From Camelus dromedarius (taxonomy: Eukaryota): a stretch of DNA of 64,000 nt. The DNA is taken from positions 36,334,001 through 36,398,000 of the forward strand of contig NC_087436.1 of the NCBI RefSeq assembly GCF_036321535.1, given 5' to 3'. The notes below the pieces were generated by a model that worked only from the letters and a program-made list of their open reading frames with translations, was not told where the DNA came from and ran no database searches. Positions 63,451 through 64,000 of the stretch are shown here, one piece after another (position 1 is the first letter of the stretch; every line of letters begins with the position of its first letter). A program made the translations under genes and the position numbers.

Positions 63451-64000
63451 TCAAAGTAGTAATGTTCCAAAATGATCCTCATCCCTAGAAACAGAAATAA
63501 CTGTCCACACAAGGGCTTCATTCAGCCTGGAGACTCCTCTCTCTGAGATCCTGACGCCACCCCTTGGAGAATGTGGGAGGAGGTTCCCATGAACAAGGAA
63601 CTCAGCAGACACTTTAGGAAGAGGACACAGCAAAGGCAAATGTTGTACTTCTTTATTTTCATGACCGTGGGTTAGGAGCTGTAGGGTAAGGCAGAAGATG
63701 TTTACAGCCATCCCTCGCCCTAGGGAGGGACTCAGGTACAAGCCTTGAGTCCAGAGACAACAGGATTTCTTTGACCATTGATGTTGGACAGGAGGCTAGG
63801 GAGGCGGGTGGAACTTGTCACATCTCGTGGTGTGAGGTCAGTGTAGAACCTGGTTGAACAGCACAGGTCTTCCAGTTTTTTTCTCCCTCCTTTATGCCTG
63901 ATGGGTCATGGAATGATGGACATCTGATCTCTAGCCTCACTGATGGGTTGCCTGAAGATCAGCCTACAGATAAGCCACCTGTCTGAATCCTTTTGGCGTG

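Overview
Mammalian, repeat-rich genomic DNA with no recognisable host protein-coding gene. It is most likely camelid (alpaca, llama or camel), judged from two Vic-1-type tRNA-derived SINEs and artiodactyl-style L1 3' ends. The main structure is a 5.46-kb class I (gamma-like, HERV-W/ERV9-related) endogenous retrovirus on the minus strand (3626-9087). It is not a provirus but an RNA-shaped retrocopy: R-U5-PBS-leader-gag-pro-pol remnant-env remnant-PPT-U3-R-short A tail. It is flanked by a 12-bp target-site duplication at an L1-endonuclease-like site. Its whole RT domain is removed by an in-frame protease-to-RNase H join, env is reduced to its C-terminal tail, the PBS matches tRNA-Lys1,2, the leader carries a 28-bp hairpin array and the LTR resembles MER41. 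The rest of the window holds solo LTRs with clean TSDs, L1/L2/MIR fragments, MaLR/ERVL LTRs and DNA-transposon MITEs. Around 33.4-34.6 kb there is a perfect 25-bp inverted repeat and a candidate spliced, polyadenylated transcript 3' end. Repeat family names come from recalled consensus similarity, not a database search, and boundaries of old repeats are approximate.
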